DNA of 64,000 nucleotides. Source: Balanoglossus misakiensis. Lineage: Eukaryota > Animalia > Hemichordata. The notes beneath the pieces are model-generated. The model made no database searches. It saw nothing but the letters and a program-made list of their open reading frames with translations, and was not told the origin of the DNA. The stretch lies in contig CM082589.2 of assembly GCA_040954595.2 (NCBI GenBank), positions 3,548,213 to 3,612,212 on the forward strand, given 5' to 3'. Positions 44,201 through 56,200 of the stretch are shown here, in pieces (positions within the stretch are counted from its first letter, which is position 1; each line of letters starts with the position of its first letter). Position numbers and translations under genes: made by a program.

Positions 44201-47200
44201 GACAGGTTCCAGAGTCTCCAACTTGATCTCAGTTTTGTCAAGCCAATAGAAGACTTCTCTGACTGTGACAGTGAACTGTGTGTGGGTTCTCTGTAATTCT
44301 CTGATGTGTTGTGATCTGTCAAAATGTAAAATGAGTGGATTTCCTTGTCAATTTTCAATAAGCAATGATGTTCCATGAGTAACAGTGATGAAATCTTCAA
44401 ACTTAGAAGTAACGCAAACTTTACACTTTTTCAGAGAGGGTCACTCACCTCTTGTTAAGTGCATCTTCAAGATCTTCCCAGTTCTTGGTGACATTGTTCA
44501 GTACATCACTGACTCTCGACGTGTCGCTGGCTTTAGGATCCTTGGTAAGTTGCTGACCAAGTTGTTGGACGGTGCGGTAGAGAGGGCGATGTTTCTCGGT
44601 TTCGACAATGAGCTCCTGGACAGAAAAAAGGTTGATGACAAACATAAGCGAGCTTTTACAAACATATAAATATAAAAATAATATATGCGTACAAGAAATT
44701 TCACTATACCTCTATCTTGGCAGTCCTATCTGGTACTGGCAACTTGGCTAACTCCTGACTCTCCAGAGTGACGAGTGTCGGAAGCAGCCAGTTCTCCAAC
44801 TGGTCCACCTTCTCCAGGAATTCAGCCAGCGTGTCGAGTCGACCTTGCAGGTAGCTATCCAGCAGATTGGTCCTGTTGAGGAGTCGGCTGTACCTCGAGT
44901 TGAGGTCGTCGACCTTTGGTTTCAGGGCCTTGGCCTGCTGGGGGTCTTTGCTGATGGAGTCTGTCACTGATTCAATGCTGGGTTTGTGGTTGAGAACATC
45001 TGCCAAGAACCCCTGAAGAAATTATGAAAAATAGTTTGATTTAGAATGTGACCCTGTGTGCTGAAATGATGGCATAAACGCAGGTGACTTCTATACTTGT
45101 ATTACTTGCTCAAGAATTGCAACCAAACACCCAAGTTAATCTTATCAGTCAAAACATTCTATACACAACATTGATCATCAAACTCAATAAATAGCAATGG
45201 TCTTGTCATCACCACGATTTACGAACTACAAAGCAGGAAATTCTTGAAAACAAACAAAATTGTTTTCTGACATATTACAGAAAAAATCTTAAAAATATCT
45301 TGTTCTCCATTATCCCCATACCTTCACATGCTGTTGTTGGTCAAGTAGAGGGTTCTTTTCGATGACGACTGGGGTATCTCTGTCCAATCGCTCTACGGTC
45401 CTCTCTGCTTCGTCTATCCATTTCAGAAGACCCTTCAGTGCATCATGGGTACTCTGAGATTCGGTCAGTGTCGTCTGCAACACATTGGTCTGTAGGACAG
45501 CATCTGTTTTGAGATTCTCGTACCTTGTGACGACCTCACCTGAAATAACGAAACAAAGGATGCTACTTATAAAAGGGGTATACACCAGCCGCCTTAATGG
45601 CAGACAGAAACTCTTTACAGGACAACAGTTTTTCAAAAGCTCAATAACTCATACTTGATACAGAATAACAGCTATGAGAGGGAAGGTGGAAACTATGTGA
45701 TGAAGTGAATCCTTACCAACTTCTTGGTCTGTTTCTGGTTTGACTTCAGGATGGATTTCAACTACGTCTTTTCCAGTGTCTTTCACTCTCTCAACGTCTT
45801 TGTTGTGGGACAGGATGTCATCATTCATAACCTGGACAGGGAGAATGACACAAAAATGTTGAAGGCTTCAAAAGTCATCTGATCTTTAGAACTCACAAAT
45901 AAATATACGGTCTGACTTTGTCAACAAACTCATAATCACTTGTTTATAAATTGCACAATCCAATTTATATTTCCACTGCACTTGTACCTTCAGCTTGTCT
46001 ATTTTCTCTTTGATGGCTTGTGGCTCAGCTGGGGCTGGCCGCTTCTTCTCTTCAGCGAGATCCCCTTCTGTTCTGTCGATCCATGGAGTGACATCATCCA
46101 CGGCCGCTTTGAAGGTGGAGTGCTTCTGAACGACCGTGTGCATCCTCTGAGTGTACGTCCTGTATTCAACTGCCAATCTGTTGTATCGAGTGGTCAGATC
46201 TGTCACCTTGTCCTTCACGATGTCCGCGTCCGGCTCCTCGATGTAGTCTCGGCTGAATTGCCTTGGCAGCACTGTGGTCCTGAAGTCGGTGATGTCTTTC
46301 TTGAAGTCCTGTGAAAATACAGAGTGGTTGAAAAGTGAAAACGGTGGTCCCCGTTCCCTTGTGTCTGCATCAGTATGCACCTCACAGATAATGACAATGA
46401 TGCTGATGATGAAGTATTTACCTTTGCTTTTTCAATGAAGTCTTGTCCGGTGTTATTGGTTTCATCCAACTCTGGTTTGTGATCGATGACATCGGCGAGG
46501 AATCTCTCGGCATCACTCTCCTGCGTTCTGAGTACCGGCAACTCCTTGCCCACTGCGGCCGTCAACTCGGGCAGTCTCTCTTCCGCCGTCACCAACCACG
46601 ACTCGAAAGACGTCGCCTTTCTGGCAAAATCTTCGTTAGTCTCCTCGGCAGGCACCAGTTGGTGGACTCTGCTGTTGGATTCATCGAGAACCTTGTCGTA
46701 CTTCTTTCGGAGGTCGTCACGGTCCTGTCGCAGTTTCTCAGCGCCAATATCATCGACGTCCTTGCTGTAGGTGGCAAGGAATCTGTCGGCACCTTCAAGG
46801 GCCTTGGTCACTGGTTCTCTCTTACCATTCACTTCAGCAGCAATGTTCTAATGTAAAAAATAAGATTACCAGTCAGTTCATAGTATTCATGTTTGCATCA
46901 ATTACAGCCCACAATGACAAACCGCCAATACACACCATTGATTGGTTATTATATCATTACCTTATTTTCTTCCACTTGTCTGTTTAGCTGGTCTGGTGTC
47001 TCTTTCATTGGCTGCTCGTTTCCAAGCTTCTTTTCAACAGATGACACCCATCTGAGAAACTCGACTAGGCTGTACGAGAGCTGCTTCAGTTCAAGTAGGA
47101 TGACAGCCTGGGAGGGAAAAAAAATAGTCAGAATCTTGAAAAATCGCCATCTGTGTTTAATGACAGGGTTCTTAATTCTGAGAATGGGATAATTCTACTG

Positions 47201-50200
47201 TCTGCTTTGAATTTTTGCCATTAACTTCTGAGCTAAGTTATAGCCAACTCACCCTCTGTTCCTTGGTAACGGTTACAGACTCTTCCACCTTGAGATATGT
47301 AGCTTCCTGTGGAATGACTTCCTCTTTGCTGATTTCCTCGGGTTGAAGAAATCTTTCGTCAGCTTCCTGGAAAGGAACTGCTTCCACTTGGGCAATTTTC
47401 TTGGGTCTGAGGATCATTTCTTCTGGCGATTCATCCAATTTGAAAGACGCGGCTTCCTGCGGAATAACCTTCTCTTTGCTGATTTCCTCGGGTTCAAGAA
47501 ATCTTTCGTCAGGTTTCTGGAAAGGAACTGCTTCCACTTGGGCAATTTTCTTGGGTCTGAGGATCATTTCTTCTGGTGATTCATCCAATTTGAAAGACGC
47601 AGCTTCCTTTGGAATAACCTTCTCTTTGCTGATTTCCTCAGGTTCAAGGAATCTTTCGTCAGGTTTCTGGAAAGGAACTGCTTCCACTTGGGCAATTTTC
47701 TTGGGTCTGAGGATCATTTCTTCTGGCGATTCATCTAATTTGAAAGACGCAGCTTCCTGCGGAATAACCTTCTCTTTGCTGATTTCCTCGGGCTCAAGGA
47801 ATCTTTCGTCAGGTTCCTGGAAAGGAACAGCCTCAACAGGGGCAACTGTCTCAGGTCTAAGGATCATTTCTGCTTGGGCTAACTGCGTGTCAAACGGCAA
47901 ACCAGTGGCTGGTTGTTTTTCATCCGGTGGGTACACGTCAGCCTCGGCCCTGAAAAGCATGGCTGGGGTTCTTTCGACCGCATGGCCAGTGTCAACCTCA
48001 TCTGTAGCCTCCAGTGGTTGGCTTCTGATCGCGTCAATTTTGTCGTAGCTGATGGGCTCTTCCGTGACAGGTTTAGCCTTGGCGAGCTGCTCTGGTTCTT
48101 TTGAGACTAGCACAGTTCTCTCGGTGGGAGTGGCCGTTTTCTGGGCGGTGATTTCGTACTGGCCGAACGGCTTCTCCAGCTCCAGTTCGAACGTGGTCAC
48201 TTCTTGGGGCAGTTCCTTGGCGACGTCGTAGTTGATCAGACCTTTGCTGACCGCTTCCGACAGGGGGACGCGCTCTCCCGTGGTGTGGTCGATGATGCCG
48301 CCCGTCTGGAGTTGGTACTCCAGCACCTGAACGGCAAGAGTCTTGTCCACCAGACCTCGCTCCTGAGCATCGGCGGTCGACAAGCGGTCCCCTGACACGG
48401 GATCGATAATACCTCCAGTGATCAGCTGCTCCTGCAGTGTCTTCTTGGCGGTGTCTTCATCTATCAATCCTCTCTGGACTGCTTCTAGCACCGGCACGGT
48501 CTCTCCGGTCGTCTTGTCCACAAGCTCGGTTGGCACTTGGAATTCGACGACCATTTTCTCCGGGGCGACTATCCTCTCAACCACCGGCACGGCCTCGCCG
48601 GTTGTCGGGCTCAGGCCAGCCTCCTCTCTCTGTTTGGTCTGCAGCGTGGTTCTCAGCTCGGTGAGGACAGTTTCCGTGGTCACGGTGACGCGCTCGAAGC
48701 TGGTTCTGAGTTCGTCCATCGTGTGCCGGAGTTCCGTACTCTGTTCGGGTTTCAGTTTGTCTCTGTTCAGCATTTCGAAGTTTTCGGCTTCTTGCAAGGT
48801 TACGCTGACCGTCTGTCGGTAGTGTTGCACCTCTTCAAAAATCACCTGTTTCCAAAAATATGAAAGTAGCAACAGTGGTCAGTACAATGCATCAAGTCCA
48901 GTACATCCTCAAGATAGTAGACGACTCAAAATTAAGAATATTGTCATTTTCCTGAATGTTATATATATATTGGCAATAAAAACAATCCTTGAAGATTCAC
49001 TGCACATCCTACCATGTGTTCTTCGACTCTGACTGTCAGCACTTCAACCGTTTCCATGGTAACGACCTGGGTGACCAACTTGGCCTCGGTGGCTTTCACA
49101 AATCTCAAGTGTGTTGTCAAATCAGTCATCAAACCGCTGTACTCCTTTTTCAGGGCCGCCTAAAAACAAAATGGTAAAGAAACAAACTTGGCTCAGCTAG
49201 GATCTTTCACCTGATTGTTTCTATATTTATTGAATGTTAAATTGTTGGTTATAAATTTCCACACTCCGCATTTATATTGGAATCTGTTTTTAATATGATA
49301 TGAATTATTAATCATGTTATCAAATCCCATGAAACTTTAGCTTCATCCTGACTATAAGTAATTATTATTACCATTACCTGTTCAACCTTTGTGAACTGAT
49401 CTTCACATTTTCTCACAATCGGTTTGACTTTGACACCAAGTTTCTCGTATCTTGTCTTAAGCTCGTTCATCTTCTTGGGAAGCTCGGTCTGCTGCGGCTT
49501 CTTCAGCTTTGTCTTGTTCTTCTTGAAGAACTCCTCGCTTCTGCCGAGTGTCTCGGCGATGATGTTGGCTTGCTCTATGATGTCATACTGAAGGGCCTGT
49601 CACAGGTACAAAGGCAAAGATGTTAGGTGTAGTACAAATGACAAATATCAAGATGTTAAACTTTAGTTCATACTTAGAGAGCAACTTACCCGCACTAAGA
49701 TGACATGTATTTTCATCGCGTGCTGTTCCTTGGGCATGGCTGGAATCTCTTTGATCTTCTTCTCCATGTTCGTAACCCAGCCAAGTTGGTCTTCCAGAAG
49801 TTTCATGTTGCGTCTGTACTGGACTTCTGCGCCTCCTTTGAGTATCTGCGAGGCAGAGAAGGGAAACGTCATCAGTTGGTGTATCGCGCTCCAACCATGC
49901 AAGAGGGATTAGTGTATGTGTGTGTTCACTTGTGGAACGTTTGGCAGTGGTGTCCCCAGTCTGTAAACTTACCTCTCCCCTGTCTTCAAGTCTCTCAAGA
50001 CTCCTGAGGGCCTCTTGGATTTTTCTGAGTCTCTCCGCTGACTTGTCAATCAAGTTCTCGTATCCCTGCTGCAGATCGTGACTCTTTTGGTGAAGCTCTT
50101 CACGCTGTTCTGGTTTGAGGGCGTCTCTGTGTTCACTCAGGAATTTCTCCGTGGCAAACAATTCCTTGCTGATTGGATCCTTGTGATTTGCAACATCCTC

Positions 50201-53200
50201 CATGAAGGCCTAGGGTTATGAGTAACGATAGAAATGGGTTTATTTCAGGATGAATTTGTCGAACCTCATGTTCTAGCTGTCGAGAATTCTGCAGTGTCTG
50301 ACCATCATCACTCAAACAGACTTATCAGTATAGAAACTCACTCACTCACTCACTCACCCACTAACTCTCACTAACTCATTTATTCTTTCCCACACTCACA
50401 CACACAATCTCATTCACTCAAAATGGACAGGAGCTTTTGAGATACAAGTGAATATATAGTTAAATACAGTACACCATTTTATTTTTAAGTGCAGGACATG
50501 CAATAACTATACGGTCATGAGAATATACGCAATTATGAACAACTTATGATTTGGCTATATATTTGCGCATATTTGCATCAGAAGGGACTGCAGAGTAAAA
50601 CATTGACCACTCAATTTAATGATAGAATATATCTCTGATGAAACATGTTTAACAGTGATCAAAGGGTGAAATAATAGAATGAAATTACTACAACCACCGT
50701 TGCATTAAAAGAAACAGAAACTGAAATACAAACAAGAACAAGAAGCTTTGTGTTTCCATGAAATGCAAAGATCACAGCCAATAATTTGTTTAGCTTTAAA
50801 ACACAAAAACCTTTACTTTCAAATTGTTAAAGCCAGTTTTATTGGTGCAAAAAGACATTCCTTTCTATTACACCTGATTTTCAGTCACATTATTTGGCAG
50901 GCAAAGTGCAAACCAAAAATAATTTGTCTGCTGTTTGAGAAGCCAACTTTTACAGAAGGAACGTACTAGGCATGGACATTCAGACAGGCAGGCAGACAGA
51001 CAGACAGAGACAATATGCAGGAAAGCCAAATGGATTATAATGTTAGTGCATTAACCCTTTCACCACAATGGTTCCATCCAAACTCATTGTCTCTATGGTA
51101 AACTGGGTCTCTAAAGTAGGAACTGGGGGTGAAAGGGCTAATAAGAACATCACCAAGACATCGGATAAATGGTTTAGTACCACATACCTCAGATTCTAGC
51201 AAGATATTCTGAGAGAGAAAGCACAAAATGCAAAGAGGAAAAAAACACTCATTCAGGGGGAGAGACTGAAACTCGCAATTGTTATGATACATGCGAATTC
51301 TGATGAGTTGTGATTAGTATATTGTCATGACGGAGAAAGATGGACAGAAGAATGACAGATTGGATTAGATGAAGCCATTTCTATGGCAGTGGAGAGGGGT
51401 TTTGTATTTTTAGTATATGACAACGTTGAATTTACAGTTAGTTCTTGCTTGACTGAAACACAGCTAGTTTCCACTTCTCATTGTGCTGTATAACGAACAA
51501 AACATGTGATACCAGCAAACGCACCCCATTTTTCCTGCCCACACAAAAGTCAAAACTGCCACCTTAACAAAGACTGGCTCACAATAAGACAAAGACGGAA
51601 ACACCCAGTATGATGATAAGATGGAAGAATTGATTTGAGCATTAACATCAAAATAATCCGACCTATATTTTACACTAAAATATGCATTCTGAAATGTTAG
51701 CTTCTGTTTCCCTATATGGTACTTCTTGAATTGATTGTCCTTATAGTTTGGACCTGCAAACTGTCAAAGGGTTAACATTCACTCACTTGTTGCTCTTCAA
51801 GCTGTTTGTTGAGGTCGTCGGAAGTCTTGGCTATTGGTTGCTGAGCTTCAAGATGGGCCGTGGCACTGGACACCCAAGAGTTGAGTCTGTCCAGGTTATG
51901 CACCAAGCCATCATACTCAGGCTTCAGTTCCACCTGTAAAGGAGAAGTAAATAGTCAAAAGGTGCAAAATTTGATAGAATTCACAGTATCGAAGCCTGAT
52001 TGCAGACATTGTTTAAATGTATACCTATACTTCAATAACAGTTTAATTTATAGTGGATGTTATTAGAGGCAAAATGTATACTTCATGTAATGGATGAGAG
52101 CCATTTTTCGTAGACCAAAGCAATCTGAAAAGACCCTTTCTCACCTGTTCTCTGTGCGTCTGCAAGTCTTGTAATCTATCCCTGAGCTGTCGTAGTCTCT
52201 CCTCTGACATGGAGATGACAAGGTCGTACCCGGTTCTTACAGACAACATCACAGCTCTCAGAGCAGTGTCTTGTTCCTCAGTGAGATGTTCAGCTGTGAC
52301 ACTGAGGTAGTTGTCTGCCGTGTCTAAGGCCTCACTGATTGGGGGTTTGTGGCTTATCACCTCTTCAAGGAAGGCCTAGGAAAAACAACAAACATGTTTT
52401 AGGGTTATTCCCTCTAGATATTTTCCCACTGGACACTTGCGACATTGTGGCGTTCACACAGGGACCACTGAAACATCTCTGAAACGCATCAGCTCAAACA
52501 TCAGCTCAAATACTTCCATAAAATACTATGTGTGAACGGTTCAAGTGGTCCTGGAATGATTCAGATTTGAGACGGTTTTGCTGGCCAGACCTGAGTTGGA
52601 AGGATTAACACTTATATGCAACATGCTGTCTATGGGACCAAGCCACTTTAATTTTGTGTGCGAGGACACAAAGCGACTCACAAGATTAAACCTCTGCACA
52701 TTACAGAACTTTGAATTGATATAGCAAAGTCAATGATGATGCACACATGACATCATACAACACAGCGAAAACGTCGGAAAATAACAGTCTCACCTCGTGA
52801 TCTCTCAGCTGCTGGGTCAGTTTGGGAACATCTTCACTGATTGGTTCCTGATTGGACAACTGGCTATCTGCATCTCGAACCCATTCCTCTTGGTCCTTCA
52901 GTTTCTTTGTGATTTTGTCATAATGGTCCATCAATGGTAGCTTCGAGAGTTGAAAAAGTAAAAAGAAAATAGTTGTACATCTACTACCCTATAAACTACA
53001 GACAAGGCATTTTGTGTAGGAATGTTTTGTGACGTGAAGAGACCTGTTTGGAGAAAATTGTTAGGGTTATTTTTTTATTAATACTTACTCCTGTTCACTT
53101 ACTTACCACAACATGTCCAAAACTTACCCCTGCTCGTCTTCAACATTAGGTCATTCCACGTGCACAAGCTTTGAGAAAAATGTCATTAACTATGAAGAAA

Positions 53201-56200
53201 AGGTATTCAGCTTTGATTTTGCTACGGTTATTAACACATATATAAGAATTGACCCTCAGGTTTCGAAACTGAAAAAGAAACTGATTAAGTTAGGACAAAC
53301 TGTGACCATATAACAATAATTATGATGGCAAAAGAGCTATCTTAAAAACTGTCATGATAGTAAACAAATAAAGCATGCATTTTTTTATCAATCACCTCTT
53401 CGCCGTTCATGTTGACCATAATCCTCTCCATCCTGGAATGGACGTCTTCGGTCTCCGTTCTGGTGATCATCTCAGTCGGTGCCACTTCAAAGCTCTCCGG
53501 TTCCGTCTTGAGCTTCTCTGCCATCTCCACATCAATCAGACCGTGCTCCAGGGCTTCCTCAACAGAAAGATGGTCTCCTGTTCTGGGATGGATGACTTCA
53601 GCCACCACACGCCTCCCTGTTGTGACTTCCACCTCACTTTCCGGTTCCTTCGTGAGCTTATCAGCAGTTTCTGCATCAATCAGTCCCCTGTGTAAGGCCT
53701 CTTCGATTGACAGATGTTCCCCGGTGTTTGGATCAACTATGTCTGCTGTCACTCGTCTTTCGCTTGTGACAAGCCTTTCAGCGATAACAGTTGTCGATAT
53801 TTGGATCTCCCCCTCTCCAGGTTCTTTCGCTAGTTTTTCAGCAGTCTCGGGATCAATGATGCCAAGATTCAAAGCCTCCTCAACTGTAAGCACCTGCCCG
53901 GTTTTCGGATCGACGACCTCTGACCTCATCTGTCCTGATGTTGTCACGATTCTTCTCTGCGTTTCCATGGTGGTGGTCGTCTCCACTCCCCGGTCACCTT
54001 GGGCAGTGAGCAACTTGTCGGCCGTTTCTTGACTGATCAATCCAACCCTGACGGCTTCTTCGATCGGGATTCTCTTTCCCGTCGTAGGATGTACCACAGT
54101 GGCTCTGATTTGCCTTTCCACAGATACCAAACCTTCTTCCGGGACCTCATCAGCAAACAATGCCTCTGCCACGTCCATGCCAATCAACCTTATACCAACA
54201 GCTTCTTTCACTGTCAGTTGTTTGCCAGTTGAAGGGTCAGTGATGCCCCCATCCTGTAACTGTTCTTTAAGAAGTTTTGTAGCTACACTCTTGGGAATGA
54301 GTCCTCTCTCAACAGCATCCCCAATTGGCACATTCTCTCCTGTACGTGGATCTAAGATTCCACCAGATGAAAGCTGGTCTTTAGCAAGTCTTTCAGCCAA
54401 GTCATTATCAATAAGTCCTCTTTCCAGAGACTCCAAGATGGTAAGATGTTCACCAGTCCTTGGGTCCACTATGCCACCATTCTTCAGTTCTTCAAGAAGA
54501 ATCTTCTCAGCCACATCCCTGCTGATTAGACCTCTTCTCAAGGCTTCCTGGATAGAAAGATACTCTCCAGTAGATGGGTCTTTTATTCCACCAGACGGCA
54601 CCTTGCTTTCAGGGAGACGAGCTGCAGTCACTGGTTCGACACGTTCTCTTCGTATTGTTTCCATCATTGGTAGTTCCCTTCCATCTATAGTCCTGATCTC
54701 ACCGTCAGTCATATCAAATGCTGTTGTTGTAACTGGTTGTTTTTCTCTGGCTTCGTTTATCATCCTCTCAGCTGTGTCCCGGTCTATTAGTCCAATATTC
54801 ACTGCCTCATCCACAGGAATGCGTTTTCCTGTCTTGGGGTCCAATACATGTATGATGACTTGACCTTCAGTTGGTTGGGGTTCTGTCCCGACTCTTCTTA
54901 CTGGACCAGGTTGATAGACTCCCATTTCGACTACAGTACTCTTCTCTACGACAATCCTTTCCGGTATCACAGGTGGTGCCATCTCCCATGTGGTTGGTGT
55001 CTGAGCTATCTCAGCAGGTATGATACCTCGTTCTATGGCAGTCTCAAGAGGGACCTTCTCACCAGTCTGTGTGTCAAGTACACCACCCGTTGCAAGTTGC
55101 CTGGTAAAAACTCTTCGTAAAGTCTCTTCATCAATCAGTCCAAGTCTGAGAGCATCAGCCAGGGGGACGTACTCATGAGTTGCTGGCTCAAGAATACCAC
55201 CTCCTTGTCTCAGCTGATCTTCAACAATCTTCTGACAAGTTTCATGGTCAATAAGACCCCGTTTCAGAGCTTCAGCCAGGGTCACTTTTTCTCCAGTCTT
55301 TGGGTCTAAGATCCCTCCGTCCACTAACTCATAAGTGACCATAGTCTCCACGGTCTCCCTACCCACCAGGCCACGACGGAGTCCTTCTGCGAGGGTTACT
55401 CTGTCACCACTTACTGTGTCCAGAATACCACCATGCTCAATCTGAGACTGGAATAGTTTAGTAGCTGTGTCATTGTCAATCAGTCCAAAGCAGACTGACT
55501 CTGTGACAGTTAATCTTTCACCAGATGTTGGGTGAACGATACCCCCTGACACAAGCTGCTCTTCAAGAATGTTGATTTTCTTCTCCTCTGTGATGATGCC
55601 CTCCTTTTCAGCTTCCTTCAGAGTCACTGGTTTCCCAGCTTCATTTCGAAGGACAGCTGGCGCTATTCCTTCCTTTGTTGCTTTATCAGCAATCTCTGGC
55701 GACACTATTCCTTTGGCAACAGCTTCCTCAAGGACCACAATATCTCCTGTGTTGGGATCAATGATACCTCCCAAGACAATTTGTTCCTTTACCACCTCTA
55801 CTGCTGTATTGGCCTCAATTACTTTACGCTGGATAGCCTCTGCGAGATCTAAATCTTCTCCAGTTTTCGGATCAGTTATACCACCTGATTTCAGCTGATC
55901 ACTCAGTAATTTGGTAGCCATGTCGGTATCTATCAGACCAAGTTTGCGAGCTTCTTCCACAGACACTTGATCGCCATTCTGTGGATTGACAATACCACCT
56001 GCATCAACTTCACTCAGCAGGGCTTTCCTGGCAGTGCCTCGGTCAATAAGTCCTTTGTCAAGTGCTTCAACAACTGAAACTTTCTTTCCAGATTCAGGGT
56101 CTACAACACTCACAAATATCTGTCTTTGCTGCACTGTTTCAAGTTTCATCTCTGAACTTATGATATGAACTTTTTCAGGAACCACAACATCTTCAGACAA

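Noticed and set aside
52450-52552. Inverted motifs cgttcacaca/tgtgtgaacg suggesting a Harbinger-type MITE
   Set aside because: Too short and no clear termini or target-site duplication to call without a repeat library.
1233-52934. Minus-strand short ORFs as separate genes
   Set aside because: They are exons with intronic read-through; splice sites and phases join them into one frame.
53342-53395. Stop at 53342 as the end of the gene
   Set aside because: A phase-matched donor at 53395 joins downstream spectrin exons; the tail VIDKKMHALFVYYHDSF looks intronic, though a minor read-through form cannot be excluded.
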